This document shows positions 9,482-18,409 of a stretch of DNA of 64,000 bases, in pieces (position 1 is the stretch's first letter; each line of letters starts with the position of its first letter). Both the position numbers and the translations under genes were made by a program. The notes under the pieces are model-generated. The model ran no database searches. It saw nothing but the letters and a program-made list of their open reading frames with translations, and was not told where the DNA came from. Source of the stretch: Bacteroidaceae bacterium (lineage in GTDB: Bacteria; Spirochaetota; Spirochaetia; Treponematales; Treponemataceae); assembly GCA_963594605.1 (NCBI GenBank), contig CAVBEH010000007.1:4535-68534 (forward strand). The letters are read 5' to 3'.

Positions 9482-10733
9482 AATCCGTAAAAAATTCTCC
9501 TCCGTGCTGACGGTTCTCATTTCCGCTGTTCTTCTCGCATCATGCGGAAGCAGCGGAAAAAGGATTGTGATATGGTCAAGCTGCGGAGAATTCGCGCAAT
9601 ACATAGAACTTTTCAACAGCACGCACGACGACATCCAGGCGGTTCTGGTGTACAAGCAGAATCCGGCTGATTCGCTTCCTCCCGCAAAGGATGAGATACC
9701 TCCGGACATAATCGCAGGCTCATGGCTCAGGACAGACTCGACCGCAAGAAATTTCAAGCCGCTCGACTATATGTTCGACCGCAAATACATCGTCTCCGCC
9801 AGCTTCTATGCTCCTCTCCTTGACTCAGGCAAAGTCGGAATATCCCAGTATCTTCTTCCCGTCAGTTTCAGCCTGCCGGCCGTAATATTCTCGGAATCAA
9901 ACAGGGATCTTGTACGCCAGGATTATTTCATGACGCTTGACGAGATCCGTCTTACGGCCGCGGAATTCAACAGGAAAAACAGGAACGGTGCGTTCACGCG
10001 GATAGGATTCTCACCGCTGAGCGACAGCAGTTTCCTGTACTTTACGGCGAAGATTCAGGGAGCCGCATTCCGCAGCGAAAAGAACAGGATTGTCCGGGAC
10101 AGCGAAAAGCTTGACGCATCGGTGCAGTTCATAAGGAGCTGGGTCAACGGCGAGAATTCGTCCGCGCAGGAGGAGGAGGACTTCGCATTCAAATACCTCT
10201 TCATGCCGGACTACAGAAAGGTGACATCGGGAAGAACGCTCTTCGCCTATACGACCAGCGACCGGCTCTTCAAGATAATGTCCGATCAGGATACGGAACT
10301 TGACTACAGATGGATTTCGGACGGAAAATCGATTCCGCTGGAGGACAGCTTCATGACGATGGGAATCTACAGGGACACGGAGAACCAGCCGGGCGCGTCG
10401 GAATTCCTGGCATGGTTTTTCAGCGCGGAGACACAGAAGGCGCTGCTTGAGCGGAAAAGTGCCCTGAGGCTGGACACGGATCTGTTCGGAATTGCGGGAG
10501 GTTTTTCCGCGGTACGCGAGGTCACGGAGCAGATTCTGCCAGTGTACTACACGCGGCTTCTCTCGAATCTTCCTCCGGCACAGATGCTGGAGCCGCCGCA
10601 GAAACTTCCGCCAAAATGGAACAGCTACAGGACGACGGTCGTTGAGCCGTACATCGGCGCTGCGGTAAGAACGGACGGCTGCCCGCAGTTCGATGAATTC
10701 GAGAACGAGTGGCGGAAAAAGATATTCGACTGA
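9462..10733 (+). CDS. Putative lipoprotein, solute-binding-protein-like
   Basis: Signal peptide plus lipobox (VLLASCGSS). About 400-aa extracytoplasmic domain of SBP-like size. Overlaps the preceding gene by 20 nt. Confidence 0.6.
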   Translation: MSLRVAEIRKKFSSVLTVLISAVLLASCGSSGKRIVIWSSCGEFAQYIELFNSTHDDIQAVLVYKQNPADSLPPAKDEIPPDIIAGSWLRTDSTARNFKPLDYMFDRKYIVSASFYAPLLDSGKVGISQYLLPVSFSLPAVIFSESNRDLVRQDYFMTLDEIRLTAAEFNRKNRNGAFTRIGFSPLSDSSFLYFTAKIQGAAFRSEKNRIVRDSEKLDASVQFIRSWVNGENSSAQEEEDFAFKYLFMPDYRKVTSGRTLFAYTTSDRLFKIMSDQDTELDYRWISDGKSIPLEDSFMTMGIYRDTENQPGASEFLAWFFSAETQKALLERKSALRLDTDLFGIAGGFSAVREVTEQILPVYYTRLLSNLPPAQMLEPPQKLPPKWNSYRTTVVEPYIGAAVRTDGCPQFDEFENEWRKKIFD

Positions 10734-10760
10734 CATCTTATGGCTGACGGTGCGGATTTA

Positions 10761-10769
10761 TGATATAAT
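10761..10769 (+). promoter_or_regulatory. extended -10 promoter, leaderless geometry
   Basis: TGaTATAAT (10761-10769), 6 nt, ATG 10776. No SD. Confidence 0.5.
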
Positions 10770-10775
10770 CCGCAC

Positions 10776-12671
10776 ATGAATCTCCTTTCAATAAACAATC
10801 TCTCCAAAATCGGCAGGGAAAAACCTCTTTTCACCGGAGTGACGTTCGGGCTGCAGGAAGGTGAAAAGGCCGCCCTGATAGGAAGAAACGGAACGGGAAA
10901 ATCCACAATGCTGAGGACGATAGCAGGAATTCTGCCGCCGGACGACGGAACCGTAGTGACAGCCCGGAACGCCGGAATATCATTTCTTCCCCAGACCCCC
11001 GGATTCAGACCTGACGACACGGTAAGGGAGCATATATTCTCCGGCTGCTCAGGCAAACTCGAGCTTATAAAGGAATATCTTGATCTGTGCGGAGACCTCG
11101 GAAACACGGAAAAGGCCGAAAGATACGAAAAAGTTACCGCCGAGATGGACAGGCGGGACCTGTGGAACTACGAGTCCCAGATAACATCCGTTCTCACAAC
11201 GCTCGGAATAACGGATCTCGGACGCAGGATGGGCGAGCTTTCCGGCGGAATGACGAAGAAAGTCGCGCTCGCGCAGGTTCTCGTCGAGGACACACGGCTT
11301 CTCCTCCTTGACGAACCGACAAACCATCTTGACATGACTACAATCGCATGGCTTCAGGACTATCTGAAGAACACGGACAGGACAGTTCTGATGGTGACGC
11401 ATGACAGGTATTTTCTAGATGCCGTCTGCGGAAGCATCTATGAGCTGGATCGCGGAACAGTCAAATTCTACAAGGGAAACTACAGCAGCTACCTTGAGAA
11501 AAAGGAGACGGAGCTGGAAATAGAGCGCAACACTGAGCGCAGGATAGAATCCGTGCTAAGATTCGAACGTGAGTGGCTTATGCGCGGTCCATGCGCCCGC
11601 GGGACAAAGTCAAAGTCAAGAATCCAGCGCGATATGCAGCTTATCGGCCGTGAGAAATTCCAGGCCGACAGGGAATTCTCCTTTGAGGTGAAGGGACGGC
11701 GGCTCGGAGGAAAAGTCCTGACGCTGCGCGGAATCTCCAAGAACTATCCCAAGGCTTCCGCGGACGCACAAAGTCCTGACGTTCCGGTCATAAGGGATTT
11801 CTCATACACATTCACCAAAGGACAGAAAATCGGAATTTTCGGCGGCAACGGCTCCGGAAAATCCACGCTGCTCAACATCATCACGGGAACTGTGGCTCCC
11901 GATTCAGGCAGCATCGAAACCGGCGTGAACACATCATTCGGATACTATATGCAGAATCCAGTATTCGCCGACACATCGATGACCGTGCTTGAATATATCA
12001 GGGAAAGCGCCGAGCAGATGACGGTGAACAGCGGAAAGAACATAAGCGCATCAAAATTTCTTGAGGAATTCGGCTTTTCCGGAAAAATACAGCATTCACC
12101 GGTAAACACGCTGAGCGGAGGAGAGCGGAAGAGGCTCTTTCTCGTGAGGCTTCTGCTTTCAAACCCGAATTTTCTGATTCTTGACGAGCCGACAAACGAC
12201 TTCGACATCTTCACCATGAACATCCTTGAGAAATTCCTGTCGGAATATGAGGGCTGTCTCCTTGTGGTCAGCCACGACAGATATTTTATGGACAAGACGG
12301 CGGACTCGCTGTTCATTCTTGAGGATGACGGATCTGTCAGCGGATTTGCAGGAAAATGCTCAGAATACATAGAATACAGGCGCGAGGTTCAGGGCGGAAC
12401 GGAAAGAACGGAGCGCGCAAACAGACATGAAGACAGGAAGGAGCCCGAGAAGAAAGCGTCGGCAAGGAAACTCTCGTTTGCCGAACAGAAGGAATTTCCC
12501 GAACTGGAAGCAGGGATAGCCGTCCTTGAGGCCAGGAAGACGGAGCTTGAGAAAACGATGGAAAGCGGTGACTACGGAAAAACAGCAAAAGCCGCGGAGG
12601 AGTACAGGATTCTCGTCCAGGAGCTTGAACGGAAATATGAGCGCTGGGCTGAGCTTGCTGAACGTATGTAG
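10776..12671 (+). CDS. ABC-F family ATPase (Uup-like, C-terminal coiled coil)
   Basis: Two ABC cassettes (GRNGTGKST, LSGGMTKK, LLLDEPTNHLD; GGNGSGKST, LSGGERKR, LILDEPTNDFD). No TM domain. Charged coiled-coil tail. Confidence 0.92.
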   Translation: MNLLSINNLSKIGREKPLFTGVTFGLQEGEKAALIGRNGTGKSTMLRTIAGILPPDDGTVVTARNAGISFLPQTPGFRPDDTVREHIFSGCSGKLELIKEYLDLCGDLGNTEKAERYEKVTAEMDRRDLWNYESQITSVLTTLGITDLGRRMGELSGGMTKKVALAQVLVEDTRLLLLDEPTNHLDMTTIAWLQDYLKNTDRTVLMVTHDRYFLDAVCGSIYELDRGTVKFYKGNYSSYLEKKETELEIERNTERRIESVLRFEREWLMRGPCARGTKSKSRIQRDMQLIGREKFQADREFSFEVKGRRLGGKVLTLRGISKNYPKASADAQSPDVPVIRDFSYTFTKGQKIGIFGGNGSGKSTLLNIITGTVAPDSGSIETGVNTSFGYYMQNPVFADTSMTVLEYIRESAEQMTVNSGKNISASKFLEEFGFSGKIQHSPVNTLSGGERKRLFLVRLLLSNPNFLILDEPTNDFDIFTMNILEKFLSEYEGCLLVVSHDRYFMDKTADSLFILEDDGSVSGFAGKCSEYIEYRREVQGGTERTERANRHEDRKEPEKKASARKLSFAEQKEFPELEAGIAVLEARKTELEKTMESGDYGKTAKAAEEYRILVQELERKYERWAELAERM

Positions 12672-12708
12672 AAAGAAAAAACGGATGCGCCTTTTCGGAC
12701 ACATCCGT
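12672..12708 (-). terminator. Intrinsic terminator of the feo operon
   Basis: Minus strand reads ACGGATG, a 14-nt loop, CATCCG, then TTTTTTCTTTC. The stem is 12681-12687 paired with 12702-12708. Confidence 0.6.
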
Positions 12709-12741
12709 AACTTACAGCAAATTCTCCGGCAGGAAATATCC

Positions 12742-12912
12742 TTATTTCCGCCTGACTCCGCCGGAACCGCATGACGGACAATGTCCCGCACAGGAGGCGC
12801 AGCAGCCGGTACATCCGCCGGCCACCCCGGAGCGTCTCCTCTGCCTGACCATCGAACGGATTATAAGAACAACGACAGCCAGCAGCACAGCTGATATTAT
12901 AAATGTAGCCAT
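12742..12912 (-). CDS. FeoB-associated Cys-rich small membrane protein (56 aa)
   Basis: Hand translation gives MATFIISAVLLAVVVLIIRSMVRQRRRSGVAGGCTGCCASCAGHCPSCGSGGVRRK. GGAGGA lies 5 nt upstream of the ATG. One TM helix plus a Cys-rich tail, located directly downstream of feoB. Below the 60-aa cut-off of the ORF track. Confidence 0.75.
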   Translation of the reverse strand: MATFIISAVLLAVVVLIIRSMVRQRRRSGVAGGCTGCCASCAGHCPSCGSGGVRRK

Positions 12913-12942
12913 TTTTTCCTCCGTAAAAAGTCAGTGAACAGC

Positions 12943-12969
12943 TGCGGCCGGACATTTTCTCCGGCCGCA
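12943..12969 (-). other. 10-bp GC-rich intercistronic stem-loop between feoB and the small Cys-rich ORF
   Basis: TGCGGCCGGA (12943-12952) pairs with TCCGGCCGCA (12960-12969) around a 7-nt loop. No U-tract on the minus strand. Confidence 0.5.
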
Positions 12970-12998
12970 CACCGGCATCCTGTAATCAGAGACCGCGC

Positions 12999-15137
12999 CT
13001 AAAGCAGGGCCGCCTTTGATTTTGCCGGACGGAAGAGCAGGTAAAGGAATCCGGCCGTAAGGATAAGCGCGAAAACCGTTCCGACCCCGAATCCGCCGCC
13101 TGCGAAAAGCTTGCCGTACTGGTAGATACAGAGCGACACGACATAAGCGAACACGCACTGGTATGTGATTGCGAATGCCGTCCACTTTCCGTTGTTCATC
13201 TCGCGCTTGATGGCACCGATCGCCGCAAAGCATGGCGCGCACAGAAGATTGAACACAAGGAACGAGTATGCGGAATATGAGGTGAAACTGCTTGCAAGCA
13301 GCGACCACATCTCGGCTCCGTCCTCGGCGACCTCGGCGAATCCGTAGAGAATTCCGAATGTTCCGACGACGTTCTCCTTGGCGACAAGACCTGTCAGAGC
13401 CGCAACCGCAGCCTTCCAGTCGCCCCATCCGAGCGGAGTGAATATCCAGGCGATGAGCGAGCCGAATTTGGCAAGAAGGCTGTTGTTCATGTCCTCGACC
13501 ATTCCGAAACTTCCGTTCTCGACACCGAAGCCCTGGAGGAACCATACAAGTATTGTGGAAAGAAGGATTATCGTTCCGGCCTTCTTTATGAATGACCAGC
13601 CGCGCTCCCACATTGAGCGGAGGACATTTCCGACTGTCGGCCAGTGGTATGCGGGAAGCTCCATGACGAAAGGAGCCGCCTCTCCCTCAAAAATCTTCGT
13701 CTTCTTGAGTATGATTCCTGAAGTGATTATCGCGACTATTCCGACAAAATATGCGCTCGGAGAAACCCACCATGCGCCGTCAAAAAGCGCACCGGCGATA
13801 AGCGCGATTATAGGAAGCTTCGCGCCGCAGGGGATAAACGTAGTCGTCATGATTGTCATACGGCGGTCACGCTCATTCTCGATTGTGCGGCTCGCCATGA
13901 TCCCCGGAACACCGCAGCCCGTTCCTATCAGCATAGGTATGAACGACTTGCCCGAAAGTCCGAATTTCCTGAAAATGCGGTCCATGATGAACGCGATGCG
14001 GGCCATATAACCGCAGGCCTCAAGGAAGGCAAGGAAGATGAAGAGCACAAGCATCTGCGGAACAAATCCGAGAACCGCACCGACACCGCTTATTATACCG
14101 TCAACGAGAAGTCCCTCAAGCCACGGCGCGCACCCGACAGCCTCAAGTCCGGACGCGGCGGCAGGAATTATCCATTCACCGAACAGAGTGTCGTTCGTCC
14201 AGTCAGTCAGAATCGAACCGACGGTTGTCACGGAGACATAGTAGACGACAAACATGACAAGCGCGAAAATCGGAAGCGCAAGCCAACGGTTTGTCACTAT
14301 GCGGTCAATTCTGTCGGAGACGGACAGCTTCTCCTTGTCCGCCTTTGTAAGACAGCTTCTGATTATTGACTCGATGTATTTGTAGCGCTCGGACGTTATG
14401 ATGCTCTCGCTGTCATCGTCAAGCTCCTTCTCGCAGGACTGAATATCCTTTTCGATATGTCCGCGCACATCGGCCGGCAGGTTCAGCTTGTCCATGACCT
14501 TTGAGTCACGCTCAAACAGCTTTACGGAATACCACCTGTGCTGCTCTTCCGGCAGATTATGGACGGTAGCCTCCTCTATATGGGCAAGGGCGTGCTCGAC
14601 ACATCCCTCAAAACGGTGCTGATACAGCATCGGTCTTCCGCTCTTCGCGCAGTTCACGGCAAGTTCGGCCGCCTCGATGCATCCGGTGCCTTTGAGCGCC
14701 GAAATCTCCACCACAGGACAGCCGAGCGCCTTCTCCATCGCCTGGATATGAATCTTGTCGCCGTTCTTTCTGACAACATCCATCATATTCACGGCGACAA
14801 CCATCGGAATTCCCAGCTCGGCAAGCTGCGTCGTGAGATAGAGGTTCCTCTCAAGGTTCGTTCCGTCGATTATGTTCAGTATCGCGTCCGGACGCTCGTT
14901 CACCAGATACTCACGGGACACAACCTCCTCAAGCGTATAAGGAGAAAGCGAGTAGATTCCCGGAAGATCCATTATCACGACCTCATCATCCTTGGCCGTG
15001 TGACCTTTCAGTTTTCCCTCCTTCTTTTCCACCGTAACTCCAGGCCAGTTTCCCACAAACTGATTTGAACCTGTAAGCGCATTGAAAAGCGTCGTCTTGC
15101 CGGCATTCGGATTTCCGGCCAATGCAATCTTTATCAT
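12999..15137 (-). CDS. feoB: Ferrous iron transporter FeoB
   Basis: N-terminal G-domain (MIKIALAGNPNAGKTTLFNALTG, DLPGIYSL) followed by a polytopic membrane domain. 712 aa. Confidence 0.96.
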   Translation of the reverse strand: MIKIALAGNPNAGKTTLFNALTGSNQFVGNWPGVTVEKKEGKLKGHTAKDDEVVIMDLPGIYSLSPYTLEEVVSREYLVNERPDAILNIIDGTNLERNLYLTTQLAELGIPMVVAVNMMDVVRKNGDKIHIQAMEKALGCPVVEISALKGTGCIEAAELAVNCAKSGRPMLYQHRFEGCVEHALAHIEEATVHNLPEEQHRWYSVKLFERDSKVMDKLNLPADVRGHIEKDIQSCEKELDDDSESIITSERYKYIESIIRSCLTKADKEKLSVSDRIDRIVTNRWLALPIFALVMFVVYYVSVTTVGSILTDWTNDTLFGEWIIPAAASGLEAVGCAPWLEGLLVDGIISGVGAVLGFVPQMLVLFIFLAFLEACGYMARIAFIMDRIFRKFGLSGKSFIPMLIGTGCGVPGIMASRTIENERDRRMTIMTTTFIPCGAKLPIIALIAGALFDGAWWVSPSAYFVGIVAIITSGIILKKTKIFEGEAAPFVMELPAYHWPTVGNVLRSMWERGWSFIKKAGTIILLSTILVWFLQGFGVENGSFGMVEDMNNSLLAKFGSLIAWIFTPLGWGDWKAAVAALTGLVAKENVVGTFGILYGFAEVAEDGAEMWSLLASSFTSYSAYSFLVFNLLCAPCFAAIGAIKREMNNGKWTAFAITYQCVFAYVVSLCIYQYGKLFAGGGFGVGTVFALILTAGFLYLLFRPAKSKAALL

Positions 15138-15141
15138 CTCA

Positions 15142-15363
15142 TCACACTCCTACTTCTATAAGTTCCGCATCCGACTTTCTGATTGAAAGCTCATATCCGC
15201 GGACTGTAACTTCCACCGGATCACCGAGCGGAGCCACTTTTCTAACATAAATCTCTATGCCTTTTGTGATTCCCATGTCCATGATGCGGCGTTTCACCGC
15301 ACCCTCGCCGTTCAGTTTCAGGACCTTTACAGTCTGTCCCGTCTTGACCTCACGTAATGTCAT
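15142..15363 (-). CDS. feoA: FeoA-family protein
   Basis: 73 aa; VKVLKLNGEGAVKRRIMDMGITKG ... DPVEVTVRGYELSIRKSDA is an SH3-like FeoA pattern. Confidence 0.9.
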   Translation of the reverse strand: MTLREVKTGQTVKVLKLNGEGAVKRRIMDMGITKGIEIYVRKVAPLGDPVEVTVRGYELSIRKSDAELIEVGV

Positions 15364-15392
15364 AAATCCTCCAAAAATTCCTATAATTTTGC

Positions 15393-15608
15393 CTACACGT
15401 AAATTTTCTGCGCCAGCTCGGAACTGACAGCGACCCTGGATTCCTTTATCTGGACAATCAGATTTCCGGCATTTGACGACACGACGGAAACCTGAGCGCC
15501 CGGAACAAAGCCGAGGCTCTCAAGAAAACGCCTGGTCTCCTCCTTTCCGCCAATCCGCTTTATCAGATTCACCTCTCCCGTACTGACCATATTCAAAGGC
15601 ATCATCAA
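15393..15608 (-). CDS. feoA: FeoA-family protein (second copy)
   Basis: 71 aa; RRFLESLGFVPGAQVSVV ... LIVQIKESRVAV. AGGAG SD upstream. Confidence 0.85.
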   Translation of the reverse strand: MMMPLNMVSTGEVNLIKRIGGKEETRRFLESLGFVPGAQVSVVSSNAGNLIVQIKESRVAVSSELAQKIYV

Positions 15609-15614
15609 CTCCTG

Positions 15615-15638
15615 AGGTTAGTTGCTTTTAACTAACCT
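15615..15638. promoter_or_regulatory. Candidate metalloregulator operator (palindrome with DtxR-like half-sites)
   Basis: AGGTTAGTT-GCTTTT-AACTAACCT is a perfect 9-bp inverted repeat. It lies between the feo -10 box and the feoA SD. Confidence 0.45.
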
Positions 15639-15644
15639 TGACAT

Positions 15645-15673
15645 ATATTAGTCACAGCTAACTTTTTTGTCAA
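15645..15673 (-). promoter_or_regulatory. sigma70 promoter of feoA-feoA-feoB
   Basis: Minus strand reads TTGACA (15673-15668), 17 nt, TAATAT (15650-15645). Confidence 0.55.
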
Positions 15674-15693
15674 TAGAAAACAGGAAGCGGGTG

Positions 15694-15723
15694 TTGTCTC
15701 CGTTCCCGAAGTTGATGTAGAAT
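15694..15723 (+). promoter_or_regulatory. candidate promoter of the HAD hydrolase gene, very short leader
   Basis: TTGTCT (15694-15699), 18 nt, TAGAAT (15718-15723), 10 nt, ATG 15734. No SD. Confidence 0.35.
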
Positions 15724-15733
15724 CATTCCTATT

Positions 15734-16378
15734 ATGGAAGAAACAAGGGCTGTGATTTTTGACATGGACGGAGTGATTCTTGACTCGGAGGCAATATGCG
15801 AAAAGGCATGGCTGCAGGCCGGTAACGAATTCGGAATGGCAAGGATAAGGGAGACTGCCGCCATGTGCCTCGGAACGAATCTCCATGACACAAGGGAAAT
15901 TCTGTTCAAAATCTACGGAAGGAATTTTGATGCCGACGGGTTCGTCGCAAGGACATCGGAGCTGTTCCACGAAGAGGAATACAGAAACGGAATTCCGCTC
16001 AAGCCGGGAGCCGCTGAAATTCTCAGCTACCTGAGTCCGAACTTCAGGCTCGCGCTCGCATCCTCAACAAAAGGAGAGACCGTAAGGCGGCAGCTGGGAA
16101 ACGCCGGCGTGCTGGATTTTTTCGAGACGCTCACGACAGGAGAGTCGGTGCTCCACAGCAAGCCTGATCCGGAAATCTACAGCATGGCCTGCGCATCCCT
16201 GAATCTCAGTCCGAAACTCTGCGTCGCCGTGGAGGACAGCCCGAACGGAGTCCGGAGTGCGACCGCGGCCGGGATACGGACGGTCATGATTCCGGACAGA
16301 ATCGCGCCGTCAGATGAAATGAGGAGACTCTCCTGGAGAATCTGCAGCTCACTGAACGGACTCAGGAAATTCCTGTGA
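15734..16378 (+). CDS. HAD-family hydrolase (beta-phosphoglucomutase-like subfamily IA)
   Basis: VIFDMDGVILDSE (motif I), LASST (motif II), and VEDSPNGVRSATAAG (motif III-like). Confidence 0.85.
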   Translation: MEETRAVIFDMDGVILDSEAICEKAWLQAGNEFGMARIRETAAMCLGTNLHDTREILFKIYGRNFDADGFVARTSELFHEEEYRNGIPLKPGAAEILSYLSPNFRLALASSTKGETVRRQLGNAGVLDFFETLTTGESVLHSKPDPEIYSMACASLNLSPKLCVAVEDSPNGVRSATAAGIRTVMIPDRIAPSDEMRRLSWRICSSLNGLRKFL

Positions 16379-16387
16379 CGGCGGCTC

Positions 16388-17230
16388 TCAGAGCCTGACG
16401 ACGACCGACACGCCTGCGGGAGCGGCGGATACGCTGACTTTATCCCCGCCGCCGGAAACCGGCCGTCCTGACAAGGAATGCAGAACAGGAACGAGCAGAC
16501 CGGAGAGAGTTCCTATGGCGGCACCTGCCAGAACATCCGTCGCGAAATGGTTTCCGCTGGCCATTCTGAGAATTCCTGTCGCTGCGGCCAGAGACCATGC
16601 GGCTGCCGTAACCGGAATCCGCCATGCCGAATCAGGAAAGAATTTTCCGAACACATAAGTCGTGAATGCGGCGGACATGAACGTCATCGTAGTGTGTCCC
16701 GACGGAAACGAACTGTTCCAGTCCCCGGATTCGACCAACTGGACCGGATAACCGTCATAATACATATACGGGCGCGCCCTGGACACAACCAGCTTGCCAA
16801 ACTCCTTGAGTCCGTAAGCCATCATAAGTGACTCCGCATACATGACTCCGACGGAGAGCCATTCCGATGACGGAGCCGCAATCATCACGGCCGGAAGAAC
16901 AAGCGACGTGACCTCAAGAACCGTCGCCGTAACATCAAGCGGCTTTGAATATCTGTTCATAAATATGCGGTCAAAACCGTTCACCGAGGAGACATCGGGA
17001 ATACGGCCGTCGAACGAAGTGTCCTTCAGCTTGAGTATGTTTCCGAAAATAATATCCGCCGATACAAGCGAGGCTCCGGCGCCAAGCAGAATTCCGTCGG
17101 TGACGGGAGAAAGGGCAAAAATCCGACCGGATTCATCGGCGCCCGATCCAGGACTCACGGAATTCTCCGACGGAAAAACATATACGGCTGTCAGAAAAAC
17201 GGCCGCAGCCGCAACAAGACGTGTCCTCAT
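16388..17230 (-). CDS. PAP2-family (phosphatidic acid phosphatase type 2) membrane phosphatase
   Basis: KxxxxxxRP-like SRARPY, then PSGHT, then SGNHFATDVLAGAAIG. Start 17230 (MRTRLVAAAAVF, a signal-like N-terminus) has GGAGG upstream; the ORF-track start is 17296. Confidence 0.8.
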   Translation of the reverse strand: MRTRLVAAAAVFLTAVYVFPSENSVSPGSGADESGRIFALSPVTDGILLGAGASLVSADIIFGNILKLKDTSFDGRIPDVSSVNGFDRIFMNRYSKPLDVTATVLEVTSLVLPAVMIAAPSSEWLSVGVMYAESLMMAYGLKEFGKLVVSRARPYMYYDGYPVQLVESGDWNSSFPSGHTTMTFMSAAFTTYVFGKFFPDSAWRIPVTAAAWSLAAATGILRMASGNHFATDVLAGAAIGTLSGLLVPVLHSLSGRPVSGGGDKVSVSAAPAGVSVVVRL

Positions 17231-17304
17231 AAAACAGAACCTCCAGAAGGGTATGAATTTTGCAGCACCGCACAGTCCCCAAAGGCGCAGCGGCATATCC
17301 GGAT

Positions 17305-18393
17305 CTACGGATTTTTCCTGTCGTTGGCTTCGACAAGCAGATCCAGCACGGTAAAGAACAGTATCACCACAAGCGGCCCCAATATAAGTCCGTTCATTCC
17401 GAACACCTGAAGCCCTCCCAGAATCGCAAAGAAAATAACCAGCGGATGTACGTTTATCCTGTCCTTGAGGAACAGCGGCCTGAGGAAATTGTCAAGAAAA
17501 CTAACGCAGAAACCGCACAGGACAAGAAAAAGAATTCCCTTGACGACGGACTGGGTCACACACATAACAATGCCGATCGGGAACCATACTATCGACGCGC
17601 CGAAAATCGGGATGAACGACGCGAACATCAGCACGACAGAAAACAGGAGCGAACCGGGAACCCTGAAGCAGAGCATTATCAGAAAAGCGACGACACCCTG
17701 ATAAAGGGCGACAAGTATATATCCGGAGAAGAGATTCTTTGTTGTGTCTGAAAATTTACGGGTGAGAACGCTCATATATTCGGGATTTATCGGAACGGCC
17801 TTTTTCATCAGTGAGCCGAGATACGGTCCGTCAAGAAAGCAGAAGAAAAGTCCGAACACGACAAAAAGAATAGCGACAAGGAAAGAGCCTGTCTTGCTCA
17901 CAAGAATTTTACCGGCGGAGAAAATTCTCGCGCTGTAACCGCGCAGAAAGGAGAGAATCCCCTGCTTGGCATCGGAGAAGTCAACGTCGGGCAGGTCAAT
18001 TCCGATGGAGGCGAGCAGGTTCCCCAACTTATACCACAGTCCGCTGTCAGAGAAAAGGTCCGGATTGTCGGCGATGTATCTCTCAGCCGTCTGCAGGAAC
18101 GAGACGCACTGCTGTATCAGCAGCGTGCACAGCAGGAACAGCGGCCCTATTATCAGTATCAGTGTTCCCAGAGAAAAGGCTGCGGCGCAGACATGACGCC
18201 TGACCTCATACAGCCTGCCTGTCCTGTCAAGCCTTCCTGTGCATTTCATGTAAAGGGGACGGATCAGAATGTAGAGCAGCACGGTCCACAATATAACCGT
18301 CGAGAAAGGATACAGCATCGCCACGAGAAGGACGAAGAACAGGACGAAAATTCCGAATATAAATATTGTCTGAAGCGTGTTTTTGTTGTCCAC
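17305..18393 (-). CDS. AI-2E (PerM/UPF0118) family transporter
   Basis: 362 aa with about 8 TM helices; the overall pattern and length are typical of the family. GTG start with GAAGGAG upstream. Confidence 0.7.
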   Translation of the reverse strand: MDNKNTLQTIFIFGIFVLFFVLLVAMLYPFSTVILWTVLLYILIRPLYMKCTGRLDRTGRLYEVRRHVCAAAFSLGTLILIIGPLFLLCTLLIQQCVSFLQTAERYIADNPDLFSDSGLWYKLGNLLASIGIDLPDVDFSDAKQGILSFLRGYSARIFSAGKILVSKTGSFLVAILFVVFGLFFCFLDGPYLGSLMKKAVPINPEYMSVLTRKFSDTTKNLFSGYILVALYQGVVAFLIMLCFRVPGSLLFSVVLMFASFIPIFGASIVWFPIGIVMCVTQSVVKGILFLVLCGFCVSFLDNFLRPLFLKDRINVHPLVIFFAILGGLQVFGMNGLILGPLVVILFFTVLDLLVEANDRKNP

Positions 18394-18409
18394 TGAAGAA
18401 GCTCCTTCA

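Noticed and set aside
10011-10736. 241-aa minus-strand ORF
   Set aside because: Antisense to the lipoprotein gene at 9462-10733. The composition is Arg-rich, there is no SD, and there is no recognisable domain.
12572-12970. 132-aa minus-strand ORF from the track spanning the feoB-downstream region
   Set aside because: It runs across the ABC-F 3' end and the feo terminator, and it is in a different frame from the SD-preceded 56-aa Cys-rich ORF that fits a known FeoB-associated family.
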